Source: Bdellovibrionales bacterium (GTDB taxonomy: Bacteria; Bdellovibrionota; Bdellovibrionia; Bdellovibrionales; JAUICD01). From it: DNA of 64,000 nucleotides. This document shows positions 10,382 through 19,038 of the stretch, piece by piece. The translations under genes were made by a program, and so were the position numbers. The stretch spans positions 2,048,001 through 2,112,000 of the forward strand of contig OZ253553.1 in NCBI GenBank assembly GCA_965262715.1, read 5' to 3'. Position 1 is the first letter of the stretch. Every line of letters starts with the position of its first letter. The notes below the pieces were generated by a model that made no database searches, was not told where the DNA came from, and worked only from the letters and a program-made list of their open reading frames with translations.

Positions 10382-10564
10382 TTTTCCTTAACATTGTGTA
10401 AAATAACTTGGGATATTTCCCTCTAGTAAAAATGCATCAGGCTTTCTAGGTAGCCAGCTACTCGCTAAAGACGTGAATGTCTTTCTTACTGACTGCTAAA
10501 AAGTCACCAGAGGCTTACCTCGACGAGGTTCGCCTTGAGAGGCGAAATACATTTTTAGCGAAAC
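10382..10564 (+). repeat. Family A structured repeat with an extended side hairpin, in the pilin upstream region
   Basis: TTTCCTTAACATTGTGTAA...AAAATGCATCAGGCTTTCTAG...TTTTAGCGAAAC. Confidence 0.85.
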
Positions 10565-10693
10565 AAAACACAGCACTACTTTTTGTTTCTTATGTATTCT
10601 CAAGCTGACTGTGAAAGGTAAAAAAACGGCTAAAAATATCAAAAGTGTAAATCTTCAAAGCCACATCAAAAGACTAGATTTTAATTTAACTGG

Positions 10694-10856
10694 ACTGTAA
10701 CTTACGTACATAAGTTACAGTATCAAGTTATTAAAATGATTACCGATATAATAAATTGAAAGGTCTTAGACAGTGATGGTAGTTGGTCTGGAAATGGCCA
10801 AAAACATCAATGATTTTAAGGGAGCAGGACTGTAACTTATGTACGAAAGTTACAGT
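10694..10856. repeat. Pair of 28-bp palindromic sites (10694-10721, 10829-10856) with mutually inverted 6-bp cores
   Basis: ACTGTAACTTA-CGTACA-TAAGTTACAGT and ACTGTAACTTA-TGTACG-AAAGTTACAGT. Confidence 0.85.
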
Positions 10857-10942
10857 GCTAAGTAGTTGAAATCATTGAATTACTGGACTGTCTAGTCTAG
10901 CATTGAAACAACACTTAAGCTTAGAAAATTATAAAAACGTTG

Positions 10943-11900
10943 AATATTGATAAAATGTTTGTATCTAAGCAAGACAACTCCGTATATTTTCACTTTAAGA
11001 GAGTGAAAACACAAGAAAAAATTTCCCTTAACATCGTGTAAAAAGATGAAGGGTATCTCCTTCCTAAAAATGAACAGGTTTTTGAGACAGTCAGCATTTT
11101 ATTGGCGGTGTTAACCGTCAAGCTGACTGTCCAAAAATGGCTAGAAGCCAGTTCATTTTTAGGGAAACAATACAAGAAAAGATTTCCTTAACATTTTATA
11201 AAAAAAATAAAAAGTACCTTCTTACTAAAAAATAAACATGCTTTTGAGGTAGTCAGCTTTTTTTTCTGAAGATATAAATCTTCAGGCTGACTACCCAAAA
11301 GTGGTCAGAGACCAGTTTATTTTTAGTGAGACAAAATATTGATAAAATGTTTGTATCTAAGCAGGACAACTCCTTATATTTTCACTTTAAGAGAGTGAAA
11401 ACACAAGAAAAAATTTCCCTTAACATCGTGTAAAAAGATGAAGGGTATCTCCTTCCTAAAAATGAACAGGTTTTTGAGACAGTCAGCATTTTATTGGCGG
11501 TGTTAACCGTCAAGCTGACTGTCCAAAAATGGCTAGAAGCCAGTTCATTTTTAGGGAAACAATACAAGAAAAGATTTCCTTAACATTGTGTAAAAAAATA
11601 AAAAGACCCTCATTACTAAAAAATAAACGGTTGAGGCAATGAGCATTTTATGAGGGCGTGAGCCGTCATGCTCATTGTCCAAAAATGGTCAGAGACCAGT
11701 TTATTTTTAGGGAAACAATGCAAGAAAAATTTCCCTTAACATTATGTTAAGAAACGAGGGGAGTCTCCCTACTAAAATGCCTCAAGCTTTTTAGGCATTG
11801 CCCTATTTGCCAAACGGCTTGGGGCCAGTTTGGGGGCAATGCCAAAAAGTCGCTAGAGGCGAGAGGCATTTTAGTGAGACAGCATTTTAGTGAAACAGCA
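10943..11900 (+). repeat. Tandem array of five family A units (11022-11168, 11183-11332, 11414-11560, 11575-11716, 11730-11880), including a duplication with a 392-bp period
   Basis: Most units are joined by GAAACAAT(A/G)CAAGAAAA linkers; 10943-~11240 is repeated at 11335-~11630. Confidence 0.92.
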
Positions 11901-12771
11901 TTAATGATTTAGTTCGTTTGTGAGTTTTAGAGAATTTTATATCTTTTATTTTGCTTTCAAAAAAGTGTCTCCCCCAGATATCTAAAGACTCTTTCTTTTC
12001 CTGAGTTAGAAACTTTCTTACATCCATTACTAATTCATTCCATTTAATAAGGTGAACTTTTTTTAAAAGTTCCTTTTGAATAAAGTGAGGAGTTATTGAC
12101 AATGATTTATTTTTCCATGGACCCCATTGAGATAAAGCATTTTTAAAAAAAGGTAAATTTGGTTCTACTCCTTGAGAAATATACCATAAAAGATCATACC
12201 AGTCTCTCCCTTTACAAAAAGGACGACATAAAATAGCATGAAGTTTTCCAGACATCAGACTTGGCAGATCGTATACAGGAATAGGGAAATCTACAGGAAA
12301 GCTTAAATATTTAATTTGTTCATTTGCTCCTATGGGAGGATTGATATCTACTTCAATTTTTACTTTAACTTTTTTTCTAGTGTCTTGTTGATACTTAAAT
12401 AGGACTGTTTTTTTGATGGAATCGTCTTTTAGAAATCGACCTCTTACATTTTGATCAATAGAAATTTTTTGATTTATGGACAAGTTATATCCATAGGTAT
12501 TCATAAACTCCATAGCCTTTTCTAAATAAGTTATGATATTAAAATTAGGTTCTGGAGATCTTGTTGAAAAATCTAAGTCTTCAGAAAAACGATCTAGATT
12601 GTGAAGAATTCTCAAAGACGTACCACCTAAAAAACTAACTCTTTGAAAAAAACCAGCCTTGTAAAGAGAATATAAAGCTACTTCTTGAGTAATTTCTTTA
12701 AGAGCATTAAGTTCTTCTTCAGAGCTTTTAGGATTATATCTATCTAGCTTTTTCTGTATAATATCTTTCAT
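11887..12771 (-). CDS. AbiEii/AbiGii nucleotidyltransferase toxin (type IV TA)
   Basis: FLGGTSLRILHNLDRFSEDLDF, KIEVD and KLHAIL.R...KGRDWYDL motifs. Confidence 0.93.
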   Translation of the reverse strand: MKDIIQKKLDRYNPKSSEEELNALKEITQEVALYSLYKAGFFQRVSFLGGTSLRILHNLDRFSEDLDFSTRSPEPNFNIITYLEKAMEFMNTYGYNLSINQKISIDQNVRGRFLKDDSIKKTVLFKYQQDTRKKVKVKIEVDINPPIGANEQIKYLSFPVDFPIPVYDLPSLMSGKLHAILCRPFCKGRDWYDLLWYISQGVEPNLPFFKNALSQWGPWKNKSLSITPHFIQKELLKKVHLIKWNELVMDVRKFLTQEKKESLDIWGRHFFESKIKDIKFSKTHKRTKSLMLFH

Positions 12772-13433
12772 TTCAACTTCTTAACTATAAAATGAGCTAA
12801 CCTTTGAGTACTTTTCTTTTTATAGAGGTTACCTAAGTTTAAAATGTCTTGTGCTCTCCATCCTTGACTCAACTTGTATAAATCATTTAAATCAATTCTT
12901 AGATCATCCTCTATATCTTTGAGCGTTTTGTAAATATATTTTTTTAAATAAATCAAATCAAATAAAGATCTCATAGCAGTCGCTACAAGAAATCCTCCTT
13001 TTTTATCTTGATTGACTTCAAGGAAAAAAGGCTTAACTGGGGAATATGTAAAACTAAAGTTCCCTATAGGACTTTTGTAAAATTTCTTCTTCTGACTATA
13101 ACAGGCTGAAGTGATTTCATAAACAGTTTCAGGAATAACGCCATGAAATGATAAAGCAGATTCAAATGAAATATAACTTGGTAAGTATAAATGGTTGGCT
13201 AATGTATATTTGGAAAATTGTGTGTTTGGAAGATAACTTGAAGCCACTTGATTATTTAAAGAATAAAGCCCTCTTCTATATTGAAGAATATTCTTTTTTT
13301 TGATATGGTATGAAATGAGATTATGGAGAGCTGATGATTTTTTTTCAGGAAAAATCATTTTTAAATCTTCGTCAGTAAAAATAAGTCCTCGACTCATTAT
13401 TGTAAATTTCAGTTTTATTAAAAAAGATTGCAT
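12768..13433 (-). CDS. AbiEi antitoxin (type IV TA)
   Basis: RRGLY and PSYISFESALSFHGVIPE.VY.ITS motifs; ATGA overlap with the toxin gene. Confidence 0.9.
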   Translation of the reverse strand: MQSFLIKLKFTIMSRGLIFTDEDLKMIFPEKKSSALHNLISYHIKKKNILQYRRGLYSLNNQVASSYLPNTQFSKYTLANHLYLPSYISFESALSFHGVIPETVYEITSACYSQKKKFYKSPIGNFSFTYSPVKPFFLEVNQDKKGGFLVATAMRSLFDLIYLKKYIYKTLKDIEDDLRIDLNDLYKLSQGWRAQDILNLGNLYKKKSTQRLAHFIVKKLK

Positions 13434-13516
13434 TTTTTAATTTCTCCAAATCACCTATACTTAAATAAAACTTCTATTTTAATAAATCATTATCTCTATA
13501 ATATACCATACTTTAG

Positions 13517-13547
13517 CCAAAAACTATGAAAATTTCATAGTTTTTGG
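13517..13547. promoter_or_regulatory. Perfect inverted repeat, probable AbiEi autoregulatory operator
   Basis: CCAAAAACTATGAAA-A-TTTCATAGTTTTTGG (15-bp arms) upstream of abiEi; AbiEi proteins are known to bind promoter inverted repeats. Confidence 0.7.
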
Positions 13548-13586
13548 TTATTTTTGTTAAAAAAGGATGAAATCAGATATCTTTTT

Positions 13587-14014
13587 GTATCACTTAAAAT
13601 AAACTGGCTTCTCGATGCAGGCCTCTAACGACTTTCTGGCAATCATAAAAAAAATAATAATTCTCAGAACTTATTCTTCTCTTGCTTTGTGGTCATCCAT
13701 ATGAGTGAAACAATACAAGAAAAAATTTCCTTAACATTTTGTAAAAAAATAATAAAGATCCACCTTACTAAAAATAAACGGATTTTTGAGACAGTCAGCA
13801 TTTTATTGAAAATGTAAATCTTCAAGCTGATTTGTAAATAACAACATTTTCCCTAACATGATATAAGAGAATAAAGACATTCTTCCTACTAAAATGCCTC
13901 AAGCTTTTTAGGCATTGTCCTATTTGCCAAACGGCTTGGGGCCAGTTTGGGGGCAATGCCAAAAAGTCGCCAGAGGCGAGAGGCATTTTAGTGAGACAGC
14001 ATTTTAGTGATACA
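13587..14014. repeat. Family A cluster: partial minus copy 13587-13646, truncated plus copy 13726-13835, full plus copy 13847-14014
   Basis: Family A motifs; the last copy is nearly identical to 11768-11897. Confidence 0.85.
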
Positions 14015-14078
14015 AAAGTGGAACAACATATTGATAAATGGTTTGTATTTCAACAAAAAATGTTTTAATAATGCTAAG

Positions 14079-14606
14079 ATGAAAAGTTATAACAGTGAAA
14101 TGATTCTTTACAATACTAATGATGGTCAAGTGAACATTGAAATCAAATTAGACCACAAGGCAAAAACAATCTGGCTTTCTCAAGCCCAAATGGCAAATCT
14201 ATTTAATATAAAATCTCATACAGTCAATGAACATATAAAAAAAATATATTCAGAAGGTGAATTAGACGAAACAGAAACTACTCGGAATTACCGAGTAGTT
14301 CGACTTGAAGGGTCAAGGCAGGTGGAAAGAAATGTTCTTCATTACAATCTCAAAATGATTTTAGCTTTGGGTTACAAAGTTCAATCGCAAAGAGGTACTC
14401 AATTTAGGGTTTGGGCTACAAAGCATTTAAATGAGTATTTGGTAAAAGATTTTGTAATGAATGACCAGAGGCTCAAGGACCCTGAAGGGTGGGATTATTT
14501 TGATGAAATACTCGAACGCATTAGAGATATTCGCGCTTCTGAAAAAAGATTCTATCAAAAAATAAAAGACATCTTTAGTGAAACAAGTGTAGATTATGTT
14601 ATTTAA
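14079..14606 (+). pseudogene. RhuM-family protein, C-terminally truncated
   Basis: TIWLSQAQMA.LF, HIKKIY.EGEL, YNL.MI.A.GY.V.S.RGTQFR.WAT and RIRDIRASEKRFYQK motifs; stops abruptly at an IS481-like end motif. Confidence 0.8.
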
Positions 14607-14708
14607 AAAGTGTTACCTATGTCCCTGGGTTGGGATCCGGCAAACTGGTCCCGGAAACCGAGAACTGAATGCCCGTCTGCCGGATTCCCGGGACCCATAT
14701 CCCGGATA
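14605..14708. repeat. Orphan IS481-like end motif (14605-14626) followed by a family D-like GC-rich array
   Basis: AAAAAGTGTTACCTATGTCCCT is the exact reverse complement of 53201-53222 and resembles the IS481 subterminal motif. Confidence 0.65.
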
Positions 14709-14790
14709 ATTAAAAGTACGATAAGAAAAAATATCTAGTATAAAATGTAAAATAAAAAGTGCTATTTTTATCTTAAATTAAATATGTATA

Positions 14791-14958
14791 TTATTTGTTT
14801 TTAAGCTTATGGAGTTGCTCAATAGAAAGACCTGTCAACTGAGCAATAAGTTGTAGCTCCATACCTTGTTGTAACATGCGCAATGCAACTGCCTCTCTAC
14901 CTTCTTCCCGACCTTCTTCTTTACCTTCATTAAATAATTTAGAAGCTGTACTTATCAT
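14791..14958 (-). CDS. Putative RpnS: separately translated 55-aa C-terminal peptide of the Rpn gene
   Basis: Internal SD AAGGAGG spaced 8 nt from the ATG; peptide MISTASKLFNEGKEEGREEGREAVALRMLQQGMELQLIAQLTGLSIEQLHKLKNK. Confidence 0.6.
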   Translation of the reverse strand: MISTASKLFNEGKEEGREEGREAVALRMLQQGMELQLIAQLTGLSIEQLHKLKNK

Positions 14959-15138
14959 AACTTGATCCTCCTTATTGGTAATGACCTCTCCTTCAAGTGC
15001 ATCAAATACTGATTTTTCATAATCTGTGCCTTGTAGCATATATCTACTTAAAACACCAGCATATTCACGGTAGTCTGAGAGATTTTTACTATTTTACATA
15101 ACTCAAATACTGACTTGATATGACTCTTTGTCATATCT
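14845..15138 (+). repeat. 294-bp target-site duplication, left copy (right copy 17059-17352)
   Basis: AATAAGTTGTAGCTCC...TTTGTCATATCT lies directly against both IS ends. Confidence 0.95.
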
Positions 15139-17058
15139 CCTGACTTCGACGGTTTATGTTCGGTATTGGTTTTGTAACATTGATGGTTATAGGATTTTGG
15201 AGTAAGTTTTCGATGTAGTGCCTAGTAACACACCAAGTCAGATTATTTTTATTTTTATTTTGACTTTTTTTTTAATAAGCATTAAATTATTTTTATGTTT
15301 GTAAGAATCAAAAGCACACCAAACAGTCCAAGGCAGTCAGTTCAGATCGTTGATTCTATCCGTTATGGCAATAAAGTTCGCCAAAAGATCATCCGTCATG
15401 TCGGAGTGGCTCAAGATGAGGATGAGCTATTTCGTCTTCAAGAGCTTGGAGAATTCATCAAAGCTAAACTAACAAATGAAAATCAATTATCTTTTTTTGC
15501 TCCGGAAGAGATTTCTAAACAAGTGATTGAGTCCAAGTTTCGTCATTGCAATAAACCCTTAAAAGTAGATCTTAAGAAACTAAGGGAAGATCAAAGAGTC
15601 ATTGTAGGTATTCATGAGGTTTATGGAGCTATGTACAAGGAATTAGGTTTAGATCGCATTTTACCAGTGAGTCGTTATCATTCATCACATTGGGTTTTAT
15701 TTCATACAGTGATGGCTCGGATAGCTAATCCTCAAAGTAAAAGAGAGAGCAGTCGATTTTTAGAAGAGGATTTTGGAGTTCATATTTCGTTAGAGAAGAT
15801 TTATCGCATGATGGATCGTTTAGATAGCAAAAGGATAGATAAGATAAAGAGACTGGCAGGTCAAGTGGCACAAAAGGTTTTTAAAGAGCCTTTGAAAGTT
15901 TTGTTTTTTGATTGTACGACACTGTATTTTGAATCAATTATTGAAGATGATTTAAGACAAAGAGGTTACAGTAAAGATGCTAAGTTTAAAGAATCTCAAG
16001 TGTGTTTAGCAGTCGTTGTGACCAAAGAAGGTTTTCCTGTCAGTTACGAGACTTTCCCGGGTGCTATCTTCGAGGGTCATACCTTAAATCCAGTGATAAA
16101 AGAGATGAAGTCTAAATATAACTTAGAACAAGCTATTTATGTCGCTGATAGAGGAATGTTAAGTGAAGATAATTTAAAAGCACTAGAAGATGAGAATCTT
16201 CATTATATTGTAGGAGCTAAGCTTAAGAAATTACCAAAAGTAAAACAAGAGCTTGTATTAGATAAGTCAAAGTACAAAATTGTCAGTAAACAAGAAGGTT
16301 TCAAGATTCAATCATTAGAAGATAAAGATAATAAGAGGAAAGTGATAGTTTGTTATTCTTATAAGAGAGCGGAGAAAGATCGACATGATCGTCAACAAAC
16401 TATAGATAGTTTAGTTAAGAAACTCTCAAAGGCTCAAGATGTGAAGACTTTATTAAACAATTACGGTTATAAGAAGTATTTAAAAGTCACAGGCAAGAAA
16501 CAAAAGCTTTCAGTCAATGAAAATCGAGTCAAAGAAGATCAAAAGTGGGATGGTTTGTTTGGAGTCATAACAAACCTCAAAGATATGGATGATTTAGACA
16601 TTATTAGCCAATATAAGGGGTTATGGCAAGTCGAAGAAACATTCCGGATAGCTAAGCATGATTTAAAAATACGTCCTATATTTCACTGGACATCAGATCG
16701 GATCAAAGCACACATAGCCATTGCTTTTATCTGTTTAGTCTGTATAAGACACTTAGCTTACAGAATTAAGATACAATACCAATCCTGTTCACCGGAAGTT
16801 ATACGAAATGCTTTAATCCATGTACAGCATAGTTTATTAGTAGATCAAACCAATAACAGAAAGTACTCTATACCTTCAAATATAAGTAAGGAAGCTCTGA
16901 AAATCTATCAGATTATGGGACTTAAGCACTCTACAACACCTTATCTTATTGAATAAAAATACACTTAATACATAACTAAAAATCAATTGTAGTGCCTATG
17001 ATGTAATGTATCATCCAATGATCCCAGTAACTTATAAGTTTAAACCGTCGAAGTCAGG
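15139..17058 (+). mobile_element. IS1634-family insertion sequence
   Basis: Perfect 18-bp TIRs CCTGACTTCGACGGTTTA / TAAACCGTCGAAGTCAGG; long direct repeat; single transposase. Confidence 0.95.
15295..16956 (+). CDS. IS1634-family DDE transposase
   Basis: FFDCTTLYFE, GYSKD, VADRGM and Y..LWQVEETFR..KHDLKIRPIFHW...RIKAH motifs. Confidence 0.95.
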   Translation: MFVRIKSTPNSPRQSVQIVDSIRYGNKVRQKIIRHVGVAQDEDELFRLQELGEFIKAKLTNENQLSFFAPEEISKQVIESKFRHCNKPLKVDLKKLREDQRVIVGIHEVYGAMYKELGLDRILPVSRYHSSHWVLFHTVMARIANPQSKRESSRFLEEDFGVHISLEKIYRMMDRLDSKRIDKIKRLAGQVAQKVFKEPLKVLFFDCTTLYFESIIEDDLRQRGYSKDAKFKESQVCLAVVVTKEGFPVSYETFPGAIFEGHTLNPVIKEMKSKYNLEQAIYVADRGMLSEDNLKALEDENLHYIVGAKLKKLPKVKQELVLDKSKYKIVSKQEGFKIQSLEDKDNKRKVIVCYSYKRAEKDRHDRQQTIDSLVKKLSKAQDVKTLLNNYGYKKYLKVTGKKQKLSVNENRVKEDQKWDGLFGVITNLKDMDDLDIISQYKGLWQVEETFRIAKHDLKIRPIFHWTSDRIKAHIAIAFICLVCIRHLAYRIKIQYQSCSPEVIRNALIHVQHSLLVDQTNNRKYSIPSNISKEALKIYQIMGLKHSTTPYLIE

Positions 17059-17352
17059 AATAAGTTGTAGCTCCATACCTTGTTGTAACATGCGCAATGC
17101 AACTGCCTCTCTACCTTCTTCCCGACCTTCTTCTTTACCTTCATTAAATAATTTAGAAGCTGTACTTATCATAACTTGATCCTCCTTATTGGTAATGACC
17201 TCTCCTTCAAGTGCATCAAATACTGATTTTTCATAATCTGTGCCTTGTAGCATATATCTACTTAAAACACCAGCATATTCACGGTAGTCTGAGAGATTTT
17301 TACTATTTTACATAACTCAAATACTGACTTGATATGACTCTTTGTCATATCT
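17059..17352 (+). repeat. 294-bp target-site duplication, right copy
   Basis: Matches 14845-15138 by eye. Confidence 0.95.
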
Positions 17353-18280
17353 GAAGCTACTTTTAATGTGTAACAAAAAGCTGAGGCAGTGCCCGCCTTA
17401 CTTTTTATGTCCTCTTCAGACTCTTTCCTTAAATCTACCACATTCGGACTGAAATTGAAAGCTGAAGCTCCAAACACCTGTTTTACTTCTGATGTTAGAT
17501 GAAAAGCTGTTTGCAAATCTGAAGATATATGAATGGGAGCCTGCCTATGAAGTAATAAAACTGTCATAATAGGATAAATTCTCATTTCTAAAAGTGCTAA
17601 GCTATATCTTAAAGCTTGAAGAAAAAGATCCTCCTCAGATACCTTATGACTCTTATGCTCTACAATAATAGCTATTAAGGCATCAGTATCAAAACCTTTA
17701 AGACCTACTTTAGCTATCACATCTGCATGACGCATTCGAAATTTTCCGCTAATTTCTTTTTGTAATACCTCTGTATCAATAAATTCTAATTGATTAAAAT
17801 CAATAGATTTAAACTTCTCAGGACTTAATCCAAACTTTAAAAAACTCTCAAATCGTGCTTTGTTTTTAAGACCCCATTTAGCTATTTTGTCGTGTTCTAT
17901 TTGTAAAGACATTTTTAAACCCTTCTAACGGTTTTATACCTATAATATTTCTTCTTTAAACCTCATCTGATTTATAGGTATAAGCAAAATAGAGGCCAAA
18001 GTTTTTTTCGAACAAACTCAAATAAAAGAGGTCTAAGACTTTTTAACTTCAAATTTGTCCGGATATCCGGATTCGAATCCGGATTTCATACATTTTTGCT
18101 AAATGCGTTATCTATGTGTTAGACACTTAAAACAGACTACGCTTATATTCTTTAGAAAACGGCCCCAGAGTGCCTCGTTTGCCAAATTTATGGAAAAAGA
18201 AGAAGATATAGAATAGATAAGCGTATATTAGATGCTTATTTTACAAATAAAGATTTTAAGAATAATAAGGATTTTTAAAA

Positions 18281-18568
18281 TTACCTACCAGATTTGTTTT
18301 TAGTGGCATCCACTAAAACATAAGTGCTTCCCTTAGCTGAGGGAGGAGGAAGTGGTCGACCTTTTACTGCTGTAACCTCTCTTCTCGCACCACCACGAGG
18401 ACCCACTTCAAGGTATTGCCCAGATTTTGGAGCTACAATCCCTGGCTTGATACGTTTTGATTTATCAATTGAAGGACGTTTTTTTTCTTTCGGTTTTTGT
18501 TCATTTTTTATTTTTGTTTTAAAAAAGTTCAATATTTTCATATAAAAGTTCCTTTGAAAGTAAAACAA
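18281..18568 (-). CDS. YjzC-like small protein
   Basis: KPG..AP.SGQY.EVGPRGG...EVT...G.PLPP motif. Confidence 0.75.
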   Translation of the reverse strand: MFYFQRNFYMKILNFFKTKIKNEQKPKEKKRPSIDKSKRIKPGIVAPKSGQYLEVGPRGGARREVTAVKGRPLPPPSAKGSTYVLVDATKNKSGR

Positions 18569-18745
18569 AAATCAAAACCATAGTAAGGATTTTTATTATA
18601 TTAAATCATAACATAAAAGTATTAAATTATTGTCGCATAATTCTTATTTTTTGTCATTAAAAAAGGCTTATAACTAGATAAGAGTATAAATTTACTTTAG
18701 CTCATAAAGATTTGAAATGATTCATTAAGAGAAATTAATAGAAAA

Positions 18746-19032
18746 TTTTCCTTAACATCGTGTAAGAAAGTGAAGGGTATCTCCTTACTTAAAATGAAGC
18801 AATCAGCATTTTCTTTCCGGGAATCTGGCAAACCGGCAATTGGGCAGACAGTGTCCGGAAACTGATCTCCGGCGAAAATAGAAACGATTTCCTTAACATT
18901 TTGTCAAAAAACGAGGGGAGTCTCCCTCCTAAAAATAAACGGATTTTTGAGGCAATGAGCATTTTATGAGGGCGTGAGCCGTCATGCTCATTGTCCAAAA
19001 ATGGTCAGAGACCAGTTTATTTTTAGTGATAC
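18746..19032 (+). repeat. Partial family A copy (18746-18813), family D array (18814-18875) and full family A copy (18888-19032) at the dnaE 3' end
   Basis: Family motifs; 18947-19026 is identical to 11631-11710. Confidence 0.9.
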
Positions 19033-19038
19033 AACAAA

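Larger units (their letters stand above)
14791..17912 (-). pseudogene. Rpn-family (recombination-promoting nuclease / PD-(D/E)XK) gene, frameshifted and interrupted by IS1634
   Basis: HDK..K, ADV, IIVEHKS motifs and the C-terminal EG.EEG...A..ML..G....I...TGLS signature; frame break at TGTAAAATAGT near 17310. Confidence 0.85.

Noticed and set aside
11022..11880. CRISPR array interpretation of the tandem units
   Set aside because: Units are about 150 bp, the variable parts are self-complementary stems rather than unique spacers, and there are no cas genes in the window.
14791..17352. Duplicated Rpn C-terminus as a DGR template/variable repeat pair or a gene duplication
   Set aside because: The copies look identical with no adenine-specific differences, there is no reverse transcriptase, and they abut the IS1634 TIRs exactly, so this is a target duplication.
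18057..18240. CCGGAT-rich palindrome and short hairpins between the Rpn and YjzC-like genes
   Set aside because: Short and single-copy, with no supportable function or reading frame.
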